A stretch of 64,000 bases of DNA, taken from assembly GCA_965649765.1 (NCBI GenBank), contig OZ287758.1, positions 13,330,001 through 13,394,000 on the forward strand, written 5' to 3'. Within the stretch, counting starts at the first letter, position 1. Every line of letters begins with the position of its first letter. Under the pieces are notes generated by a model. That model had not been told where the DNA came from, made no database searches, and worked only from the letters and a program-made list of their open reading frames with translations. Origin of the DNA: Bispira polyomma (taxonomy: Eukaryota). The position numbers were made by a program, and so were the translations under genes. Shown here in pieces: positions 24,509 to 35,308 of the stretch.

Positions 24509-24949
24509 TTGTCCAACCACTACAGGTGCAATCTTGAAGTGAATGGGAGAGCACTTAGTAGTTTGGAGAAGTACCTAATGCATGAAAAGGCAGCCGTGTT
24601 TCAAGACAATGATGCCAGCAACAAAATATTGGCTGAAAATGATCCTGTTATCATCAAGAGACTGGACAGAGTAGTTAAAAATTTTGAACAGACAGTCTGC
24701 GATAATCACATCGAGAAAGTTTTAGAAACAGCCTTACTAGCAAAATTTGGTCAGAGTACGGATCTGTTAATGTTCCATAGGTCGACAAGTGATAACCTCA
24801 TGGCAGAAGCTAACCCAAATGACAAACTATTTGGTACAGGCCTCTTACTGTTAAACACAGACTTTTGGCACCAGGATAAGTGGCAAGGGCAAAAGAAGCT
24901 AGGAACTGCACTGATGAAAGTACGGCGAATACTGAACTCAAAGAAATAA
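24509..24949 (+). CDS. NADAR (YbiA-like) domain at the 3' end of LINE ORF1
   Basis: Family motifs in order: LSNHY, SSLEKYLMHEKAAVFQD, IL...DP..IKRL.R.V.NF, AKF.Q...L, T....EANPNDKLFGTGL and WQGQKKLGTALMKVR. Confidence 0.85.
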   Translation: MSNHYRCNLEVNGRALSSLEKYLMHEKAAVFQDNDASNKILAENDPVIIKRLDRVVKNFEQTVCDNHIEKVLETALLAKFGQSTDLLMFHRSTSDNLMAEANPNDKLFGTGLLLLNTDFWHQDKWQGQKKLGTALMKVRRILNSKK

Positions 24950-25969
24950 ATGACAGGTAACTTACAGTGTAACAATTTAAGAGACAATGTTTGTTAACAT
25001 GACACTTTTTAAAAAGGGATTGAAGTACTTATTCTGTCTATAGTTTTAGAGATTATATATATATATATTATTAAAATAGATTTTCAACATTTCATAGGAG
25101 TGTTTTATTTAAGAGGTATTATATGTTAGATACATCATTAAGATACAATTAATATTTAACTACTTTGAATTGAGAAACATGTTGACTAGGATAATAAAAC
25201 TACACTAATTATTGATATTATGAAAATATATTGATATATTGATATAACCTTTAATTACATGTTTATTTACAATGTTTGGTTTTGAAAATGTAAATACAAT
25301 GATATAAACCTTAATTACTTTTGAACTGACAAGCTTTGTGTTTTTTTATTAGGGTTATATATACTTTATACAATGTTTACTTACAATGTTGGTTATGAGA
25401 CTTATGACAATGTAAAACTACACACTCTATCTATTCAGTTATTGTATTTATGTATGCATACATACTTGTTTGCATACATGTATATGAAAACTTTTTGGGG
25501 GTTAAAATTATAGCGTAAACTCAGCAATTTTAGAACTATGGACCTATTATAATTACTTGTACCTTTGATTGTAACCTGTTATTTTACACTTGTTCAAAGT
25601 ATATATATATATGATCAGGATTCACATATGTAGTGACAACATATCTATGGTGATAGTAAACTTCTATCCAGGCTGGTCACATCATTTCTACCAAATTTAT
25701 TTTATTACTTTCTATCATTTAGTTTTTTGTGGGATTTTTTTTGTTTTTTTGTGTGTGTTTTTTGTTTTAGTGTGTGTTGTAACCTGTATTATTCGGGTTT
25801 TTTTACCTGTTCCATTGCAAGAAATTAATGGCTAAGATTAATATATGTGTTGTGTTGACTGGGTTAACCATTTTGGTTATACTTAAAAGGAACGATTTAT
25901 TTTAAAATGTATTGCAGATTTGGTATAGTAAAAGTAATATTTTTTTGTAGAGTTTTTATCAAAACTATC

Positions 25970-26560
25970 ATGACAAATGTTGGAAATAATATAAGAGTGT
26001 TGTCTGCAAACTGTCAAGGTTTACAAAGTAAAGAAAAACGCTTTAATGTGTCATCTTTTTTTAAAGATAAAAATGACATTGTGTGTCTGCAAGATACACA
26101 TTGGACTGAAAAAGATATCAAAGGTGTAAAAAGATATTGGGAAATGATTTTTATATAAATGGATCAAAATCCAATTCTCGCGGTGTTGCGATTCTTTTGA
26201 GCGATAATTTTGAATATGACTATATATGGACCAAATAATGACGATCCATAATTTTTTAAAGAAATACAAAATATAATACAAGACACATCTACCGATTATA
26301 CAATAGTGTGTGTAGACTTCAATTTAGTTATAAATCCACAGAATGATACATATGATTAAAAAATATTTAAACAATCCAAGGGCACGATTGCAAGTGTTGG
26401 ACATGATGAAAGAATTTGACTTAGTAGATATTTTTAGATCAATTCATCTAGAAATAAAACGATACACATGGCGAAAACAAAACCCTAAAAAGTATGCAAG
26501 ACTTAACTTTTTTTGGTATCTGACAATTTGACTGATATTGTCAAAAATGTGACTGATATT
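25970..26560 (+). pseudogene. L1/Tx1 ORF2 APE endonuclease remnant
   Basis: Motifs IRVLSANCQGL, DIVCLQDTH, IYGPNNDDP, VCVDFNLV, LVDIFR..H....YTW and ARLNFF. Confidence 0.85.
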
Positions 26561-27504
26561 GTCAAAAATGTGGCTTCTGGAAGTATGAAACCTGTGTGAT
26601 TGTGATGGAATACCTATAGTTTCTAAACAATTTTGTTAAACAGATTGTTTGAAATAGAAGTACATTGGCTGCAAACATTGGTACCTAGTTCTTGTAGTGC
26701 CCTAAAGGGGCAGAAAAGATGTTTTTTAAGCAGAGGGATTTGTATAATGTGTGTTTCAGTTCTATTCTGAAAATTGTTTGCCTATTTTAGGATGACATGA
26801 GCCCTAGTGGGGCAAACATTTTGTCTTTCCTAAGAAAATGCCTACAAAGGTCAAAAAAAATTTCAGGATGAGAGGCTATGTTTCAAAGCCTGAAAAACTG
26901 GAAAAATGAAAAGAGGAAAATTGCTCTATACAATACTGGATCCTGTAAGATCTGACAAACCTGTGAAATTTGTGTTAACTGATTTACATCAAATAAACCT
27001 TTTGATTAAGGATGGAAAAAAGAGTCAATTGTTATACTCCTGATAAAAGAAAGCTATGGAATTATGAGTGAAGGGAGCTATGTCCCACTGTGATTTCTTA
27101 TTTTTTCCAAGAATTCCAAGAAAGATAGAAGCATTATTAATTTGTTGTAGGCTGACCACATTCAGAAAAGCCAAGAAAGCCTTAAATTGGTTACTGTGTG
27201 CTATTGTCTTAGGTCTTAGAGCTGTGTCAATTCTGTTGTAGGCAGATTGAATGAGTGGTTTTGTGACGTGACTCTGGTTATGTCTAAAATTAAACAGATA
27301 ATTTCAGGTTTAAGTATTGTATGGGAACTCTGTTCCAGTAATACTATTGTACAACACTTGTAACAATTCAGCATTTGGTGGCTTGGCAGAATATATCCTT
27401 GAAAGAGCATTTGCAATGATATTATGTTTGCCTGGAATATGTTAAATTTCTATAGTTGTGTCATAAGTGGCAGCAAGAAGCCAAATTGTCCAAATAGTCC
27501 TTAA

Positions 27505-27757
27505 ACCTTAGTGTAGTAGTTACAAGCGTCAGTTTTGAAATCACTGATCTCTCCCCTCTCGAGATCGAATGGCATGGGTTCGCCTCCCATCGATGTCTAT
27601 GTGGGAAAGGTGATAGTTTCTTACTATGGGCCGCTGATTTCAGAGCACAACCTTGATCAACTGTATGCACTGTTTCTTCCAGCGTTTTCAACTACCCTTC
27701 CCAATATTACCTAAAACAGGTACTACATTGGATGTTAAATATCTGAATTCAAATTCA
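27505..27757 (+). mobile_element. tRNA-derived SINE (same family as 35115-35308)
   Basis: Degenerate A box, B box gggttcgcctccc, and a shared body actgtatgcactgtttcttccagcgttttcaactaccc...gttaaatatc. Confidence 0.65.
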
Positions 27758-28029
27758 CAACCAGAACTAAGGTTATAGCAGTGAAAGAGTATACGCTAGT
27801 GTGCTCAGACACACAGTGTTAGAATAATGTTCAACATCTCAAAGTGCACAAATGTCAACTCTTGATTGTAAATGTTGAAGTGAGGAGTGTCATATACTTC
27901 CTCCTTTCAGACCCCAATGCTTCCCCCTAGACCTGTGAGACAAGCATCTAAAAGCCATTGGTTCAAATTTGACACTATTAGTTGGTCAATTAAAGTAATG
28001 CCATTTAAAGTTCATAAGATTTTTAGCAG

Positions 28030-29280
28030 GTGTAAAGACAGTATGAAACGTCTCACAAGATTCATTCAACAGGATGTGTAACTGAAATTATAAGACTATA
28101 TTTTGCTATATAAGTAGATTGATATCCAGTAACTTTCATGCGTTGGTAGCTGAGAGCCAAAATGACACCCCATTTAAGTCCTCTATGAAAGTTCCAACCC
28201 AGTTTATGTTTCATCTAAACTGTTCTTTGATTTTTACACGTTTTGGTGTAGTTGTCTCTTAGCTAGCATTTTACTTAGAAATACTCGTTCATATTTTATA
28301 CACTTGGCCACATACAGCAGCAAACCAACAAAGGACTGCAATTTATGTTTTGTACAAAATATTTTTGACTCCCAAGCATTACATCTCCCCTTAATTTCAT
28401 TAAATTTTTCAGAAGGTATAGATGTTGTGCATTCGACTCTCTAAAGTAAAATTCCAAGACAAAAAAATGATGTTCCCGGCTGAACCAGTTTCTTCTGACT
28501 TACGGTTAGGCTACAAAAGTAGTTCTTGCAGTGTGTGGTAAGTTTTCTGCATTTTACTGAAAAGAGAAACACATAAAAACATTAATGTAGTTATGCACTA
28601 CGTAACACGTTATAATAAACCTTACTGCAACAGAAGTTCTTTGAAATATAGTTTAACCATTCTGATATCCGATTGTCAGCGATTTATCAATGTAATATAA
28701 TTTCCAGTTGAGGCCTAACAAGTCGACATCACCAGGGTCGATAGCGATGTTCCTAAATGTCTTACTAACATCAACCTTGTATATCTGGCACCCTTTAGCT
28801 AATTTTAAATATTAACTAGTGAGGCTGTCAATGGATAAACATGACAACATAAATTAAATCCCCAAATAAGATGTGGGTGAAGCTCCTGCATTGACCAATA
28901 ATCATTGAGGCCATTATTGCCACAATAACACGCATATTGGCCGAGTTTGGTTTAACAGTGATCAGTGTATGTTTTTAATAGACGGTGTTTCAAAAGGCCC
29001 CAACATGACCCCGAATTCACATTCTTCATTCATATACACGTCAACATGTTGGGGGTATTTGTAAGCAGATTGTTACCATTGAATTATGTGATATTTGTAC
29101 GACAAAAATGCAGAGGAAAATCATATTTAATTAGGAGAGGCAATTGCCAATATGACTTTCAATATTTGTCCCACTGAGAGAAATGTAGTGCAGAGTAAAC
29201 ATGGATTTGTAATCCACTGTAGGTAAACCACCTATCAGCATGCATTTCTAAAATTCCGAGTTTGTTTGGTATGACGCCTT
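28030..29280 (-). pseudogene. RT/RNase H segment of a different YR retrotransposon family (C)
   Basis: Minus strand gives MLGPF, IYKVDVSKTFRNIAIDPGDVDLLGLNWK, VSQKKLV and SIPSEKFNEIKGRCNAWESKIFCTKHKLQSFVGLLLYVAKC. DNA does not align by eye to the family A RT. Confidence 0.7.
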
Positions 29281-30760
29281 TATCTTTGATTTTGTTACCC
29301 AAACTTGAGAGGGAGGTAAACCTTGAAGCAAAATCGCTTTAATTGTGCCACTGTTTTTAAGTGTCACTGTCCGCCACCATTAACAGCAAATCATGTTTGT
29401 TTCTTTTTTGTTTTAATTACCATAAATATTTGTCAGTCAGAGGAAGTAAAACAATCAGTGCCTCTTTAACTGGTATTGTTATCCGGCCCTTTTGTTCACA
29501 TTGTTGCAAACTTTTCACAAAACATTCCCATGCTGTGACATGTGGGTCGTTGCACAATATACACTGAGATTTTTTAAGACCAATGGTGGCCTGCGAGGTG
29601 TCAGCATTGCCTTGTTAATTTTGTTGTCTCTTTGAAAACTTTTTTGTTTCGCCTTGATTGTGTTTTAAATTTTTGACACTTTGCTGTGAATGTTTTTTTT
29701 ACTGCCACCTGTTGTTTACTACATCACTCTAACTAACACCAGGCATTTTAGCCTTTAAATATATACAAATTTTATATACCACTGACTTGTCTAGCAAGCG
29801 AAAATCTTGAAATCTAGTAGTTTACACAGCTCTTCAAAAAATCTAGTTTTTGATCCATTATCATCCATTATGGTCGCTCAGTTTTTTACCCTTTTTAGAC
29901 AATTACTGGTTATGTAAATGTCTTCATAAGTATCACATCTATGTTTATGAAACTGGCCACCTGTATTATGACCGTCCTTGAAGAACCAGCAAGTCATGGA
30001 TCCTTTTTTGTAACCCACCGTTTTGCTAGTACTATTCAGATTTGGGCCATATGAAACGTTGAAATTTTGGGAGACCACGAGGTGTCATTGTGCATGAGCT
30101 CGACATATTTTAGCTTCTTTGTTGATTTCTAACCAGGACAATTTGTCCTTCTCCATATTAGTCAGTAGTACTGCACACTGCTACGCTGCTACTACTGCTT
30201 TCACTGCCTCCTAGGAAAAATCTTACAACAGCATCTTAGAACAGTCCCCCATATAATCTAGCATTGCATTTTTAATTTCTAGGGATTTTTCTTCATGAGC
30301 AATGCAAATGAAACCACAGATCCACACTACCAATAATGAATCATCATAGCTTGGGCAAGTTTTTTGCAATAAATAATTCTGAGGCCATTCAACCGCCTTT
30401 TTGACAATTACATTTTTACCTCCGTTCTCTGGGATTTAACTTTACCTTGCGAGGGATTTTCATTGATGGCCCTCATCTCTTTGAGCCTCTGCTCAACTTA
30501 TACATCAATTTGGGCCTTCTGTCTCAAAACATCAACACAAAGCACGATACTGTCAGTACCTGTAACACTACTGGATTGACCTCACAGAAGTAGTAAGAAT
30601 GGTTGGACTCGCCTTTTTACCTGTGAGGTTGTTTGCCAACGGTGCCTCTGTGACTTTAACTTGTTGGTCTATTCGCTCCAAAAAATAATAAAGCTAGATG
30701 GCTTATATACTCGCCCAGCCATCCCATAATAGTAATCAAAATGGTAGCCCAGGTCATTCT

Positions 30761-30975
30761 ATTTGTTACATTTGCAGTTTCGGGATTTATTACATTTGTG
30801 GTTATTACGTTTGTAGTTTCTCAATTTGTTACATTTGTGGGTATAATTTTTTTCGAGATTATTACATTTTTGGTTGGACATTGCTACATTTGTGGTTATA
30901 GCTACATATGTGGTTGAAAATTGTTACATTAGTGGTTATAGCTACATTTGTAGTTTTTGTTACATTTATGGTTGC
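30761..30975. repeat. Degenerate minisatellite with core ttacatttgtggtt (about 10 units)
   Basis: Repeated (t/c)tacatttgtggtt variants. Confidence 0.85.
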
Positions 30976-31878
30976 CACACACGTGCAATGGTGTCGTGTT
31001 TCACAAGAATATTTTTTGGTGAATAGCCAGATTTAATAGTACATATTCTTCCTGTAGCCTTATGTTTTTCAGGCAGTAGCCCAATACAGCAGATCTTTTT
31101 AAGAATGCTGCCCAAATACTGCACTTGGCCTTGTAATGTATAGGGTGTACTTGACCTATGGTGTCTACATGAAAAGGCCGTTAACAAGGTGACTGTGTTT
31201 GACTTACTTTGCTTTTCTACTATTACAGTGTAATTCTGTGACATCACCTCAGATGACAAATTATATGTCAGCCATTAAGGCTCAGAGAAATATACATAAT
31301 GTTCAAGTATACACGTTTAGTGACCAGAGTATTGCTAATAACTAAAAAGCAGTGCAGTTGGTAGAACCATTAAATGTTAAACTTAAAAAGATCAGTGATG
31401 TAGACACTTTGACAAATACTGTTTCCATGTGTAATACCATTTATATGAAATCAAGTCAAATTAAAAGACCAGTAATTGATTTAATAAGTATCTCTTTCAA
31501 GTTTCGAAAAATGAAATATGTACAACCTTTGGTAATACAATATAACAACTATCCATAGGGTAATGGGGGTAATCATTTTAAAATCACTGAAAGTACTTTG
31601 AAATTAATTTTAAATTACATGGCAGTAAATTTAAAAGAGGATAATTTAAAATCATTACACCAGGCTATTTACATTTTTGTTAGAAGTGTAGTTTCTTCAC
31701 GACAGTAATTTTACAATAATTAACACACTAAACTAAATATCTAACCCTTTCCTGTTGACATAATTACACACTTCCAGTTAATAAAACCTAACTCAAAACT
31801 AATCCTAACTTAACAGCTGGATAGACTGTGTAAAGGTAATATAACAACTTCAGCCTCTGTTTTTTGGCAAATTATACG

Positions 31879-33110
31879 TCAACGGAAAAGATTTGACTTG
31901 ACAATTTTATATGGAATATTTTTATAAACAAATTGTGAGTCATTTGATTTACAATACTCTTTCGGTACATTCACTGTTGAAATATCTGTGTAGCACCCCA
32001 ACTCATAATTCATTGCAGAGATTGCCTTTCTGAGTATTCCCTGTCTTAGGGCCATTAATATTCAGTCACCATCTGTAATAATAAATGACTCAGTGAATTG
32101 TCCACTTTGTACAAACAATTTTTTCTTTGCCATTTGCTGTACTTCCTGCCAGTTGTCTAAAACCAACAGAATACCGTTATAGATATTTTCACAAAAGCTA
32201 TTTGCTGTAGCCTTTACCCTTTGAAAATCTTTGACTTCCAGTGTAAAAGATCTTCCAGCTGCTTTCACTTTCATTTTGTGAATATGGAGGAAATATTTAT
32301 ACAAGTCATAATCTAGGGATGACAAATTCCTGTGCCTTTCGTACAGAGCTCCATACTGCTCTGGATTTGTGTCTTTGTTTAAATATGTAGCCTTTTTATG
32401 GGTGACATAAATGATATCTTTCATTTCCCAACAGAGTTTCCTCTTGAATAGAACCAGGCTCTCATCGTAAAACTCATTAATTATAACAACTGGGAAGTCT
32501 TCTTCAATCTTTTGAATACTGTCAGCTAGGTATTTTGCATTCATCAAGGATTTGCCAACATTACAATGAAAATATTTGTACATACCATTTACCAGGGCCA
32601 TATGTCGTTTCAGTTTGTACTGCCTCAAATTGGGATCAAAATAATTGTCTCTGAGAAGTATTTCAATGGGATCACCTTCATCAGTGATGCCTTTAAATTT
32701 GGGATTTCTACTTTCTTTAAAATAAAACTTTGACCTAAAATTGTCAAATGGATGCCGTAAGGTGGCTACAAAAACAGTATCTGCATGCATACGTCTAAGA
32801 ATTTTATGTTTGTTGTAAGAAGAATGAGGAGTGTGCATGTCAAACTTGAAATGTGTCTCCACCTTTGGTTCATATTCAACATTTTCATTCAGAGATTTGG
32901 GATGTGGTTTTTTTGAGTTTACTCCAAATTGTGTCAGATTTAGCTCAATGGACTTTCTGTTTAATATATTACTAAATGTGGAGCTTCCTGTCTTTGGAAC
33001 CTTCAGGTAGTACACATGTAGGTGAGGCTCACAGTAGCTGTTTCTGGATTTGCTATCCACCGTAGACACATATCCTAGTCCAGTATTTGTCTCTGGGATA
33101 ATTAACATCC
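31879..33110 (-). pseudogene. GAL3ST-like copy B; in-frame TGA at 32062-32064, about 10-nt C-terminal deletion, transmembrane exon missing
   Basis: Same motifs as copy A. Acceptor ttttattccag|GG at 33111/33110. Homology continues 60 codons past the TGA. About 890 bp containing the TM exon is absent at about 33250-33300. Confidence 0.8.
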
Positions 33111-34814
33111 CTGGAATAAAATGTACAAAGGATAAATATTACACAACTCTTAGGCACAGGTCACAATCAATGCTTCACCACAATAGAAATGTTAAATAAA
33201 TGATTTAAATAGTAAAAATAGATATATTACATGTCCCTTCAAATTATTACATCAGTTGCCACAAATGTGTGTATCTGACCTCAAAGGTAACAAGAGGTGA
33301 CCCTTACATTATACACACACAGTTTTACCAGCACTGAACTTCATCGAAGTGTACATATCAAGTATATTTTAAGTAATGGAATGTTGATATAAAAGACAAT
33401 ATACTGACCCTGCAGAAACTTATTCCATCCATGATAAGCAAGCATAAAGACTTAGTTATAAAGTAAAATACAGTTAGATGTTCAAATTGAAATGCAGGTG
33501 ATGCAGAAAACAATGTGATCAATTTCTTCCTTTAAATAAGACAATATTATTTATTGTGCTAGAGATCATATTGATTGAGTGGGAGGTTTCACAATACCTA
33601 AGCCTGCATAACCTTATACAATGTACTATCTATGGGCTGGTGACTAATTAGACTCACATTGTAATGTACACATTGTACATTGTACCAAACACCTTGTCAC
33701 TCCATTTTTACTGTCTACTGGTCACCCCTACTTCTATACAAACATTTAAACAGAATGTAACTAATATTCCCCCAGGTTAAAACAAATACAAATCAAGATT
33801 TACAATTATACATATTATTTAAAGATATATTCAATTTTAATACTTGTTTCAGTTTACACACTTTTATTGGTTGGCAATTATACTGGATTTTAAAAGCTCT
33901 TATATACACTAAATTAAACTGGATATTAAATACTCATAAACTTATATATTTATATTCTAGCATACAGCATGTAATTTTATATTATATCTAATAACACACA
34001 TTCCAAACCAGTTGGAGACCATTGTAATAAGGAAAAGGCAATACCAGAAACACTGGGGCCATCATAGGATACTGACATAGCCAGATCAAAAATGTCACCA
34101 TGATTGAAGTCAATGCAGCTATCAGAGGCATAGTACAGAATGTCTTGGTGACGGTGACTGAACTACCAGCTAATTATTGCACCTCAGGAATGAAAACAGA
34201 AATTTATAATATCCTTGCGTATTTGGTGCACATGGATTACTTTATCCAGGAGCAGACAGTAAGACCCAACAAGCAAGCGCATGGGGAGTTATAGCAATAA
34301 CTATCACTCAGATCACCACTCACAGCTCATAGCTCTCTCAATGGACCAGCAACAAAAGTAGAGGTTAGATCTAGATTCAGAGCAACCACACAAAATCAGA
34401 ACAACATGGCTGGCAGCAGATTACCTTCCTTTGAGGGCCTTAAATCAAAATCCCCAATCCAAGCTGAGGCTGACAGGCGTATAAGGAGAATTCTCTTCAT
34501 AGAGTAATTCCAGGTAAAGAAACTGAGATTGGGTAACATGTCGTTAAGGTAACAGTAAATTACTTTGTATTGTGTAAGTGCAGATCCTTGACATCCTATG
34601 TATGATAACTAAAAATTGTAATATGGACCCAACAACTCACCTCTGTTTCAATTTCAAGTTGACTCACGATCGATTCCAATCACTGATACCCAAGTCAGAA
34701 GAAACTCACTCATAACTTACAAATAATTACACAAATTCTTTATACAGAACCACTAAATTGTGTTACCCTGACATAGTCTTATTTCCACAAACAATGCTTT
34801 CATCATAAGTTGAT

Positions 34815-35080
34815 CCGTATGTCGTTCCAGCATGGTGACACCTCGACCGCCACTGGAACCCCCACGTTGGACACCAACCGCCTAGCAGAGACAAATCCTG
34901 CCTCTCAGTGCCCCTATTTCACCCTGCCCCCGAATGGTTAGCTCGAGGGGGAAAAAGTAGACGGGATCCTGCTTACATATGACCGGTGGCTGAACCGGTA
35001 AGCCCAGTGTCACAATGCGTAAACAGGTAAACTTAGTAATGTAAATAGCCCTTAAGACTTAATAGAAAAACACTTACTTT
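34815..35080 (+). mobile_element. GC-richer SINE-like or other interspersed repeat fragment
   Basis: Abrupt GC/CpG-rich segment absent from the paralog-A flank. No clear head or TSD. Confidence 0.25.
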
Positions 35081-35114
35081 CAAGAAAAGACAACTACTAG
35101 TTGTGGTTAAAGGT

Positions 35115-35308
35115 TTTGAATTTTAATTTTAATTTGGATATTTAATGTCCACTCTAGTACCTTTTAGTAGGTTATATTGGGACGGGTAGTTGGAAATGCT
35201 GGAGGAAACACTGCATACAGTCGGTCAGTCGAACTCGCGCCACCCAGAGGTGAGACACCAGTGATTGTGAAGAGCAGGGCTTGTTAACCACTAGGCCACC
35301 ATGGCCCC
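35115..35308 (-). mobile_element. tRNA-derived SINE, internally deleted
   Basis: Head ggggccatggTGGCCTAGTGGtta (A box) and gaGTTCGAct (B box), with an AT-rich tail. 14-bp TSD ttgtggttaaaggt at 35101-35114 and 35309-35322. Confidence 0.85.

Larger units (their letters stand above)
23260..26571 (+). mobile_element. 3'-truncated L1/Tx1-type LINE (5'UTR with monomer repeats, ORF1-NADAR, about 1-kb spacer, APE)
   Basis: Homology with the paralog-B flank stops at about 23260. ORF1 remnant followed by an L1-type APE. Ends at a 21-bp tandem duplication abutting YR copy 3. Confidence 0.8.
26572..30752 (-). mobile_element. YR retrotransposon family A, copy 3 (older, diverged; no MITE; contains a SINE and a foreign RT segment)
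   Basis: 26572-28025 aligns with about 50-1350. 29285-30752 aligns with 14618-17345. Retains the YR N-terminus (RPKTIAHSNQFKAFLAFL) at about 27160-27215. Confidence 0.75.

Noticed and set aside
24509-24949. NADAR as a bacterial contaminant or a standalone host gene
   Set aside because: Embedded between LINE ORF1 and ORF2 remnants, no ATG start, AT content like its surroundings, and no prokaryotic neighbours.
30761-30975. Repeat array as CRISPR
   Set aside because: Degenerate short units without unique constant-length spacers; eukaryotic context with no cas genes.
35230-35308. tRNA gene
   Set aside because: A and B boxes are present, but there is no complete cloverleaf and it has a body, tail and TSD, so it is a SINE.
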